Shown here: positions 49,703 to 60,224 of the stretch, one piece after another
Layout: the number at the start of each line of letters is the position of its first letter
How positions within the stretch are numbered: position 1 is the first letter of the stretch
Source: Amoebophrya sp. A120
Taxonomy: Eukaryota; Protista; Dinoflagellata
NCBI GenBank assembly: GCA_905178155.1
Contig: CAJINV010000012.1
Span: forward strand, 2,134,166 to 2,198,165
Direction: 5' to 3'
Length of the DNA: 64,000 nt
The notes under the pieces: generated by a model
Seen by the model: only the letters and a program-made list of their open reading frames with translations
Databases searched by the model: none
Told to the model about the DNA's origin: nothing
Translations under genes and position numbers: made by a program

Positions 49703-52700
49703 CTACCTGTAAATCGATCCGCGGTCGAATCTATCCGCGTGTTGGCTCTCGGCGGCGTGGACGCGGGACATCCTTCTTTCCGACTGAGACGAGAAATTCT
49801 TCTCCACATCTACTTGGTACAGCGGTTTTCTCGGCTGCTGGTGGTTCGCCGAGCTGTTGTTTCGCAGACCCCGCGTAATTTCTTCCCGCGTGCCCGTTGG
49901 GACTCGCTGGTGGCCACCTGGGTGGTATAGCATATTTGCATTGCAATATCATATTAATCAAAGATCCCTACAAATCCATGTTCTCATACCATCCTGCGTA
50001 ATCTTCTGCACGATGCTATGTTGAGGTAAAGGCGTGGATTGGGTACCCACGGATTGGGTACCCACTTTGGATTGGGCACCCGCTCTTGTTTGGGTACCCA
50101 TTTTGGGAACGGGTACCCAGTGGGAAATGGATACTCAGAGGGGGTGGATACTCAGAGTGGGAAATGGATACTCAGTATGATTTGGTTGCCCGGGCGTGTG
50201 AGTACCCAGTGGCATGGAAGCGAAATTGGCTCCCATTTCCCAGGGCGCGCATGACACACCGACGAAGTTCAGAATTTTGCTTTTATGCTGTGCTGCCTCA
50301 TGCTGCGTTTTCGTCTATGGGACGCTACTCACAGTCCTCGCAGTCACAGTACAGAGCCTTGCTGTTTTTAATAAAGTTCTATCTTTATTGGGATCACAAA
50401 TCCCCGAAAGTTCAAAGTTTTATTTTTATTCGCATCACAAAACCGCGAACTTTTAAAATTTTATTTTTATTCACGTTGTAAATCCGTAAACTTTTAAAAT
50501 TTCATTTTTCTTCGCGTTTCAAATCCGCGAAATTTTAAAATTTTATTGAAAACTCTGACTCGATAGGATCGCTTGTTGTCACCGGGTGCGAACCGCAGAG
50601 CCGATGACGGAAGTGATCCAATGAATTCGAGATCGCAGAGGCTGAATCGCCTGAACACGCCCGCTTCCGAAAAGCGATAATGCTTTGCCGGGAGCGGAAG
50701 AAAGACAGAAGCGCAAAAATTCATAAATCGAGCCGCACTGTCGATCGAACGTGTAAAACGGCTGGTCGCTGCTAACCGCCAGACCGACCTGCTTGCGCAG
50801 GGGCGATCAGTCCTGTGCGACTCTCGATGCATATAAAAGACGAAACAACCACGAAACGAACCGCACGATACGAAAACAACACATAGCTAGCTAATGCGAG
50901 TTTACTAACGTGCCGCTTTGTGCCGTCTAAAGGGCGCGGAGGGTGGGATCAAAAAAATGATAGCTAGCAGCGACAAACGGGCTTGCAACCTTCGAGAAGG
51001 TACGGGCGAAATGCAAAACGAGGCAACAAAAGGCCTTTCTGTCGTGAGCGCTCGCCAAAGGGCGGTGCCGCGCAGAGATCACCGTACCTCCGAAAAAACC
51101 GGAGGCGACTGCCCCAACTATCTATCATTTCCGTGCTACGAATAGGAACCGAGCTAGCTATCGCGAGAACACGAACTGACGAGGAGCAAAGCCAAAGCGT
51201 TTAGCTATTTGGGCTCTGCGTCGAGATTGGATCACTTTCCAACTTTTCTAGTTTCCGTCTCCGTTTTCATCACATTTCTACGAATTCAGGATACTTCGAA
51301 ATCAAATTTTATTCGCGAAACAAATCCGCGAACTTTTAAAATTTTATTTTTATTCGAGTCACAAATTCGCGAAGCATGAGAATGAGTTCTACTTTTAATA
51401 TCGCGTGTGGAAATATTACAGAAGTCACAGTGCACAAGCTGAGGAGGGCGCAGCACAGAAGGGGCGTCACAGCGCGCGGCGTCCGGGGGACGGGAAACTC
51501 GCTGTTGACCACCTGGTATGGCGTTTCGATATCACAACCAAAGATCCCACCTAATATCACAACCAAAGATCCCACCTACAAATCGATGCTCTCATACCAT
51601 CCTGCGTAATCTTCTGCACGATGCTATGATGAGGCTTAAAAACTCATCAGCACCACGACATGCGGAATAACGCTATGCAGGATGGTATGATAGAGATAGT
51701 GATTTCCCGCCTTTCTAGTGTATTTGATCAACAAGCGCTGCAGTCGTTTTCAACAAGCAATCGGCATTATACCTGCTCGCGGCGTGCTCCGCGATCTCAT
51801 CTGCATGTTCTGCAACTGAACTCGGTTTTCCAGATTTGTCAGCTGCCGTTGCAGAGCGGTTAACCGTGTCCCGGTGATGTGCGTCTCCGTGTTGTTAACC
51901 GCTGACTGCTTCGGAACCTGATAAAGCCGGGTGGTGTTGCGTATGCCTATGCCCTTTTCACATGCCAAACAGAAGAAGCCGCTTAGCTGAGCCGGCATCT
52001 TTTGCACGTAGTACATCAAAAATACCATCGTCGAACGAAAACAGCATACTTTTACTTACCACTGCCCCTCCACCCCCACTCCGCACTCCACTCGCACCCG
52101 CCGCCGCGGGGACGGGATTTTGTCCAGCGTTGCTCCTGCTGTTCGGCTGGAAGACGTAGTTTTGTTCCAAATCCTCTTTCCACTTTTTCGCCTTCTCCAG
52201 CTCGGTTTTTGCCCTCTCCAAGCTGCTGGTTAGCTCTTCAATCCGGCGGGTTTTTCTTTCGATGGAAAGGACGGCTTTGCTCTGTTTATTTGACAGATTT
52301 CATCTCCGATGAAAAAGATGTTGCACTAAATATTTGTCATGCAAAAAATCTACTGCAGCACTAGTTTGTATTTGTAATGCGCGTCGCACATCAAAAATGA
52401 CTTCTACTTCTATACCATAACTTCTTTCTTCGAAATCTTCAGCTGCTTCATGTCTTCGAAAATCTTCTGCACCACGTCCTGTTGCTCCTTATGCAAGAAA
52501 AAAAAACTTCTGTGTAAGTGTAAGTCTGTGATGCAGAAATTGCAACAGAGTATACGATCCTCATGCTGGTCAGCCATAGTATCCTGCCTTCATATGTGTA
52601 TGTCTATGTTTATGTTTTCAAGTGCTAGCTGTGCATGACAGGATTTCTCTGTCATGCAGAGCAAACTTGTGATGCTGTCACCCCAAAACAGCTGCATTGA

Positions 52701-55700
52701 CACAGTTTTTTTCTTGGATACTCCTCCTGCCACAAGCACAGAGCCTGCGCGATTGATTCCATGGTAGAAACCAGCTGCATGGGGTTCACAATGTCGGACT
52801 CCTTGATCGCTTTTAGCGCCGCTTGTCCCGCGAATAGGTTTTTGCGGTTCAGTTGGTAGTGTTCATACGGGTTATTTACCGTGATGGAAGGCGTGCTGGA
52901 AATCGAAACATCGCCATTTTGGTGCTGATGTTGTCCAACAGCATTATTTCCGTAGTTGGATGAGCTCCTGGCGGTGTAGTTCTGGTTATTTTCAAACGAG
53001 CTTGCAGGCTGAGCCGTGGCCAGTTTACAGAGCTTCTCCAGCACGGGGCGAATGCTTTCGACGGAGTCTTTCCACTGCGATTTTGTCCTTTCGTGGGCGT
53101 TATCAACTGCAAAAATGTCTGGGTCTGGAAGAATGCAAGTTTGTCATGCTTGTCTGGCATGACTCGAGAATCTGTGTTGCATATGCGCGAAAAGGCCCTC
53201 TTGCCAGTCAAAAAATTTGTCATGCATAGCTGCGCATTGCAGTGCGTATTCCATTCACTTTTAGCATCACAAGTTTCCAGACCCAGACATTTTTGCAATG
53301 CATAGGCCTTGCGTTCCTGTTGAAGGAGGGATTGGAGCTCTAGGATTTTCTTGTTATTTCTATGCAATGCAAAAGCATCGTACTAGAACTAAGTAGTATA
53401 AATTGCATTACAAATTAGCCCAGCACTACAAATTGAATTTGTAATGCTGATCTGCCTTTAGAAAGAGATTTGTAATGCATAGATAGATGCAATTAATACG
53501 AGTACGATACTTTTGCACAGGATAATTTCTACCATCCAGCAGCTCTTGGTCGGATACGGATGCGGAGCTGTGATGCGGAGGTACTGCAGCTCCTACAGGC
53601 GTCATGCTGCTGTCCAAAGCCAAATGCTGCGTCGAATAATTGTTCTCATACGTGTTGTTCATGCAGTACCGGTTGGAGTACTGTTCCCGCTCTAGTGGTG
53701 ATCCGCGAGGATGTCCTGGCTGGGAAAAGGATGATCCTGCACCACCACCACCACTTCCTGACAGCGTTCTGCTCATCGTGGTACTACTGGCCCCCCCGCC
53801 GATCACCATTCCGGGCACACTGGCCATCAATTCCGGTGCTTGGTCATCTAGTTTCGAGGTTGTGACCTTCGTTGTGATCAAGGCGGTGGAACTAGCGCTC
53901 CTAGAAGACGGCACGCCGTTCACAAGGAAAGTTGTCCCCGGCACCGCTGTTGTCGACACCTGGTCCAGATGAACCACTTGATTGTGACGATCCACTTGCG
54001 CTGGCACAATGATTGTCGTCGTGCTGGGGTTAAAACTATTTCTGGTTCCCGTTCCTTGGGGCGCGGACGAACAAGAAGAAGAAGAAGAAGAAGAATGCAC
54101 AGCTCCACCGCTGCTGACAATATTCACCTCTGGGTTCTGTTCTCTGCACTCGTTCCGCAATTTCTCCATCTCCTGGCGTAATTGAGACCGCATTTGCGTA
54201 ATTTCCGCGCGATTGGGATTATTCAGTTCCGGGGTACCGAGGAAAAAATGGCTGACGTTCGATTCCGACCGTTTCGCTTTCCTCGTGGAGTTGGAAGTTT
54301 GGTCATGTATTCCGGCCCGCCGAGAGGACTGCTCAACGAAATGATCCGGCTGTGGTAAGACGATCAGATTTCGATCTCGATCATCTTCGTGTAGGTTGGT
54401 TGTTGTAGTGGTTGCAGCTCCGCCAGTTCTACTACCGTAGTAATTGTCCATGTCATCGTCGTGTCGTAGCTGCGTGGAATTCATCACACTAGTCCCACCG
54501 CCAGGAGCGCCATCGTCAACCATTGTGTTCAGCAACGGCGGGCTGATTTTCGGAGTCGTCAGCGCGGAGCGGTTGGTGTAGATCGCTTATGCTGTGCAAA
54601 AGTATCGTACTAGTAGTAATCGCATTACAAATTAGCTCCGCATGGCAAATGGAGTTTGTAATGCTGAGTTACCTTGAGATGAAAATTTGCATTGCATGAC
54701 TGCGATTACTACGAGTACGATACTTTGCACAGGATATCGCTGACGGAGGTGCAACGATGGCCGCTTCGGACGCTCTGGTGGAAGAAGAGCTGCTACTGCC
54801 ACCCGCCTGCTGCTGTAGTTGTTGTGGTCCTTCTGGACGATGGTAGTTTCTTGAAGACGGCGGCGGAGAAGGCCCCCGACAAGAACTTCTTCCGTCACCA
54901 ACGCCCGGGCCCGGTTGGTGGGAAGTAAGCTGCGATGGCGTCAGCGGAACTGTTACACCAGCGAGATTTGAATTTGACGCGGAGCTGGAAGAGCTGCTGC
55001 TGCTCGAAGAGGTGTTATTGTACGTGTTTATCCTAGTTCTGGTAGAATCCAGATCTGGATGCTGAAACGTCGGATTTTCGTGATTTGATAGTGACACACC
55101 AACCGAAGAAGTTGCTGGCGCTTCGCGGTTTGTACCGATATCTCCTGAACTTGTCCCTCCCGTGATCATGTAGCTGTGCGTCTCGCCCGAGTTCATCAAA
55201 CTGCCCCCCTTCTGCGACGCCTGCAAAAACGGACTAGAAACCACAGACGGACTGCGGGAGTAGTTAGAATTCGTTCCCGGCGGAATGGTGATTGTGATTG
55301 GTGGGGGCGCTGGAATTCCCTCGTGGTCCGCTCCGTTGTAAATCGGAGTTTCGTTCGACGGGTGGCGCCGCATTAGATTTATTTGACCACCTGGTGCCGG
55401 GAGCGTTGGGGAGGCTTGTACACTTGTAGTAGTACCTCCAATGTTGCTTATGTTAGCATGATTCTGCTGTTCCTGTGGCGATCCAGATTTGTTGCTCGAG
55501 CTGCTCCTTGTCATGGACCCAATTCTCAGCGGCGGGATCACAACCGGCGATGAGGATTTGGCTCTCGTCTTAACCGGCTGCTGGTGCTCGGACGATTTGT
55601 CATGCTGTTCAGCAGAATTGTTATTATACGCTTTTGACTTGTCTTTGTCATGCTGCACAGCCCGATCACCGCCATCCTCCTCTCCGTCCAAAGCAAACGG

Positions 55701-56571
55701 GTTGTTGCTTTTGTTCGATGAATTCGTCTATCCTGTGCAAAAGTATCGACGTACTCGTAGGAATCGCAAACATGCATTACAAATTTCTTGCTTAAGTGAA
55801 ATCAGCATTACAAATTTTATTTCTCATGCTGAGAAAATTTGTACTACTAGTACGATGCTTTTGCATTTCATATCGTCGAGTTAGAGAGCAAAGGAACCGG
55901 GGGAGGCGAGCAGTCGTGGCCGACGTTTGGTGTAGAGGTTTTCGCTTTATTCCCGCCCATATCAAAAGTAAAAATGTCTGGGTCTGGAAACTTGTGATGC
56001 TGGGTGGCGTCTCATGATGAGGCTACAAATGCTGGCTCAGCATGACAACTTTCTGAGCTCCTATGTGTTGCCTATTCTGCATGACAAACTGCGCTTCTGC
56101 ATCACAGAAAAACGGACCTCTTGGGTAACGTGCATGACAGATTTAAGAGTCATGCCAGACAAGCATGACAAACATGAATTCTTCCAGACCCAGACATTTT
56201 TACAGTTGATAGCCCGACCCACCTGAGGACCCGAGACTCATCTTTGCACTGGTATTTATTTTGTCCCTCAGCGTTGGCGAAACTTCTGGACGAGGTGGAT
56301 AATTGAGCAGATTGTCTTGAAGATGTTCTTTTCCAGCACCCTCAGTTTCCTCCTCCAACTCGGGCGTATCCGGCACTCCCCAAATCTGTCGCATGTCCTT
56401 CTTCAATTGCGTTTTCGGTTTTCGGCTGTTGCTGGAGGCGTTGGACTTCGCCCCGGGGGAAGACATGGCGGGCGAAGCGTTTTTGGTAGTCGCGGAGAAC
56501 GAGGAACTTGATGTGTTTGATTCTTGTTGCGTCGTGGGGCCAACGCCAAGCCCAGGCGAGAGCGCCGTCAT
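49703..56571 (-). CDS. Large low-complexity/coiled-coil hypothetical protein
   Basis: ORFs 56200-56571, 54669-55691, 53426-54535, 52652-53044 etc. are separated by 6 introners and GT-AG introns 52282-52415 and 49918-51772; the last exon is inferred. Confidence 0.65.
49945..51634. repeat. About 1.5-kb intronic insertion bounded by 70-80 bp direct repeats, with internal tandem repeats
   Basis: CAAAGATCC..CTCATACCATCCTGCGTAATCTTCTGCACGATGCTATGWTGAGG at 49959-50026 and 51564-51634; GGGTACCC repeats at 50040-50120; about 39-bp AT-rich units at 50420-50550 and 51305-51375. Confidence 0.75.
52490..52720. mobile_element. Introner singleton family I
   Basis: TIR TATSCAAGAAAAAAA(A)CT(TC)TGTG; DR CTCCT; frame WQEE-QQDV restored. 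Confidence 0.85.
53101..53304. mobile_element. Introner family A (internally deleted, inverted relative to 19407)
   Basis: TIRs; DR GGCGT/GGCCT. Confidence 0.9.
53361..53524. mobile_element. Introner family D
   Basis: TIRs; DR ATTTC. Confidence 0.9.
54588..54736. mobile_element. Introner family D
   Basis: TIRs; DR TCGCT. Confidence 0.9.
55729..55872. mobile_element. Introner family D
   Basis: TIRs; DR TCGTC. Confidence 0.9.
55960..56211. mobile_element. Introner family A
   Basis: TIRs; DR GCCCA/GCCCG. Confidence 0.9.
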
Positions 56572-57078
56572 TTTGATGATGTTGGAACAAGCGATTTTTG
56601 TTCAACAGGGAGGTAAGATTTTGGATGTCTACAATTAATAGGTGCGGCTCGTGTAGTACAGGCGCGGAAACAAAAGGTCCGCGAACGTCAAAGTCTTCTA
56701 CCCAAGAAGGCTAGCCAGTAGGATTGTTTTTGGTTCTAATTACAAACAAATAAAGCTTGGCCCCGTGTTGCCACTTGTTCCGGGGAGAGCAAACGCCTCC
56801 ATTTGATGAAGATTTGGTTTTTCGAAACGGACAGGGATCTAGTACAACTGCTCGACAATTCTTTCGCGACCACGACCTCACAGCTGTTTTGCGCTCGCGA
56901 TTTAAAACGGGAGAGAGTTATTTCGACGGAATGAGAAAGATCGAAATAAAGTTATGACAAATACAACTGGGCGGTACGCTTGGAAGACGAACAAGATAGA
57001 ACAGAAAAAGAAGACAGCGCGCCGTCCACATGATCTTGCGCGGAGCCACCTCCACCTCGGTTTCTCCTGCATCTGTCT

Positions 57079-59999
57079 TCAAAGAAACGGGCACGAGCGA
57101 GCAGTAAACAAAGTTGAGTTTTCTTTTCTAAAAAAGACAAGTTCAGCGATGTAGCTCTGGTCCTCGGGTTCGCAGTTCGAGTCAAAGAAAATCCGATTTA
57201 CTTGTTCTGGTATCAGCTTTCGCTTCTGCTTCACACGGTGCAGCGACCAGCACGTGGTTACCCAGATCTTTTTCAGCTTCAAGAAGCGGTCAGCAAATAT
57301 ATTAACCCTGTTATTACTACAACTACCTTCAGTATCCTATCAGTTCTCCAACTTCCTCTCCTCCCCAGCACTATTACTCCTCACCGGGCTCCGCCACCTT
57401 GCCAACAGCTTCTCTTTCTGCTCCCGCCGCCTGGCGAATTCCTGAAACACCTGCAGCTTCTGTTTGTCCAAATCCGATAACTTCTCTTCCGCGGTTTTCG
57501 CAGCTTCCTCCTCGTCAGCCTCGCTGTCGGAATCGTCGTCCTCCGAACCGTCCTCTACCCCCGGGAATTTTATCGGCACAAACTCCCCGATCTTCCTGAC
57601 TGTCGTACTCCCTACCTTGCTCGTGGGAGAATTTGCGGTTTCATCGTCTCCGTCCTTGTCTACTTGCGGATCATTTGCTGTCCCGTCAAAATTCTCATTA
57701 CTTCTCGCCAGTGCAGTCGCTTTGTACTCGTCTTTGCTGAGATATGGAAGCGTCAGGTTTGAAATCGTCAAAGTTGAAATAGTTTGTGATGCATAAAATA
57801 CAAGGCATGAAGTGCCTGTCTTGCCGAGATAGCAAGTGAGGCAGATTGTAAGCCTATCTAGGGTGTGGGATACAGCTGCTAAAGGGGCATGACAAAAGCA
57901 GTCCTCTGTGCCCAAACAGCATGACAAATTGGATTCCGGTGGTCCGAAAATTTGTCATGCGCCGCTTGAAAATTGGTCTTCCAACTGGTATACATTTTAC
58001 GCATGACAAATTATTTCAACTTTGTCGATTTCAAACCTGACGCTTCCATATGAGGATTTCCTGCATCGTCCTCTCCGTGTCCTCCGCAATCTTCTCTTAT
58101 CCAGGAAAAAACAACCATCCCCATCCAATTTGTCATGCAAAACGTGCATAATCTCCAGCGTTTGTCATGCAAAAAATGGATGGGGATGGGTGTTTTTTCC
58201 TGCATATCTCTAACCGTTTTCGCATCGCCTCCAGATCGATCCGCGACTGCACCGCCTTCGAGGTGCCAGACGCTGCTATCGCTGGGATGGGGTCTGACGA
58301 GGACGGGTTGGCGTTGGTTTGTATTGCAATACTACTTCCTACTTCTTCATCCGTGGGGCTACAGCTGTCGAGAGAAGAAGAGGAGGGGACTACTTCTGCA
58401 CCACTGGAGTCTTTTATCGCCGGAATTGGCTGTGCGTGCTTCACAAACTTCTCCTCCTTCGGGACTGGAACTATCCTGAGTAAAACCGTACCCACCCGCC
58501 CAGAGTTGTCATGCAAATGCGCAATGACAGGAACATTTGTAGTGCGCAGTTCCATGAGAGGCATTTCCAATCGTGTTTTGGAATTTGTAATGCTGTAAAC
58601 AGGATGAGAAAGTGGCTTTCTCATGCGGCTTCCCTTGCCAGCCAGCACTACACTGCAGAGAGAAGCTTGTCATGCACAGCTCCCAAAACTTGGAGATTTG
58701 TGTTGCTAGATTCCCAACTTGACTATGGGGTCGTGGAGACGTTTTTGCTCAGGATAGGAACCTTGAAATAGTCACTGTTCGGGTTGATCTGCTCCTCAAT
58801 CCGGTTAGCGTTGTTGACAAACTCATGCTATCAACTGCAAGAGTGTCTGGGTCTGGAAGGGTGTGAAGTTGTGATGCGCATTTCACAACACACACAAATC
58901 TCTCATGCATAGGCCGCAAAAGATGCCCGCTTCCTGTCACCAAAATGGAGGGCTGGTCATGCGGGTTAGGCATTGCGAGACCTTCTCGACGAAACCTGTG
59001 ATGCTAGGGCCTCCATGCCAGACCTTCTGTGCCATGCAAAAACAGCCCGACATCGTCCAGAGGACCCAGACATATTTGCAATGCATACATGTTCGTCAAA
59101 ATCGTCTTCCACATCGAACCCGCTTGATTTCGCGAGGAGCTTCAGCGAATCGTGCGGCACCTGGCAGCTCCACTTGAACAGCAAACCCATTGCGACTTCG
59201 GCTTCCCGTTCCAGGTCGAGGGCCTGGGGTGTTGATTTTTGCAAGACAAAATTCATACGCAGGTTCAAGTGTCACGCATCATGTTCATGCAACACAAACA
59301 GAATTCTATCAGGACTTTTGCATGACAAAATACCCCAATTATCCAATATACCTTCAGCCTATCAGCCGCCATGTACAACTTCTTCAAGCACTCCTCCTTC
59401 TCCACGCCACTCAGCCCCATCTTCTCCCCCGCTACCGCCTGTCGGTACGCGTATTTGCAGCTCGAGTGCGCACAATTGTCGCTGAGCGGGAACAATTCCA
59501 AGCACTTTTCGCAATCCTTAAACGCCTTCTCATTTTCGTTCAACTGGAGGAAGCAAAGCGCCCGGTTGCCCAACATCCCCGCAAGCTTTTCCCGGATGGA
59601 CTGGGCTTCCGCGAAGGTTTGCTGTTCATCGCTTGTAGTTGTAGTTTCGGGAGATGATGAAGAGGAGACGGAAAGTAATCTTTGCTTGCACAGAGTCACC
59701 CCCTTCGTGTACTCCGTCGCTGCTTTTTCGTAGTCGGCTTGCTTGAAGAAGTGCGTGCCGAGCCGCTTCTGCTCAATGATCTGGGAAAGTGTGATGTCTG
59801 GAGTAGAAGATGTTGATGGTGGAAAAACTTGTTCCAATGGCGACTGCGCCGGGGTGGAAAGAGTTGGTGTATCTGCAGTTTTGTTCTTCGACTTCGCGAG
59901 CAAGTCCTGTTTCATCTTCGCGCGAAGTGCGGCTTTGTCAACCTGGAGGTTGAGACCCCGCCGGGTCTGGTGCTGGTCGCTCGCGGTGGGGCTTACCAT
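57079..59999 (-). CDS. TPR-repeat co-chaperone-like protein (possibly RPAP3/SPAG1-like); ends uncertain
   Basis: KRLGTHFFKQADYEKAATEYTKG, LGNRALCFLQLNENEKAFKDCEKCLELFP, KYAYRQAVA; frame continuous across GT-AG intron 59224-59351 and 4 introners. Confidence 0.75.
57743..58050. mobile_element. Introner singleton family J
   Basis: 39-bp TIR TATGGAAGCGTCAGGTTTGAAATCGWCAAAGTTGAAATA (1 mismatch); DR TGAGA/TGAGG. Confidence 0.9.
58098..58206. mobile_element. Introner family G (109 bp, smallest)
   Basis: TIRs; DR TCTCT; frame RLE-KIAE restored. Confidence 0.9.
58472..58756. mobile_element. Introner family C (inverted relative to 7888/40217)
   Basis: TIRs; DR GGAAC. Confidence 0.9.
58829..59087. 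mobile_element. Introner family A
   Basis: TIRs; DR CATGC/CATGT. Confidence 0.9.
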
Positions 60000-60224
60000 G
60001 TTGAGTGAAGTTTCTATCTGCGTTGTCGTGCTCGAATTTGAAAGAAGCAGCTCCACGAAAAGTAGAGCGCTTTTGGATGATTACGATTCCTAAGCACTTC
60101 AACTATTATCGCTTCGACTCGTCCTCGAGACGTTCACAAATCACCTTTTGTTGAGTTGTATCTTGTTGCACATCCTTCTGCGCGGTGCTCGGATCTAACA
60201 TGACGACGTATGACCATGAGCTTT

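Noticed and set aside
54072-54093. (GAA)n microsatellite
   Set aside because: It encodes a poly-Ser tract within an exon; unremarkable.
385-59087. Dispersed repeats as a CRISPR array or bacterial REP/IS system
   Set aside because: The repeats are inverted pairs with target duplications inside eukaryotic exons, not direct repeats with unique spacers; no cas or transposase genes.
429-59268. Recurrent short ORFs with CKYVWVWK / NMSGSG / YPVQKYRTR / FQTQT motifs as a protein family
   Set aside because: These are translations of introner TIRs in various frames.
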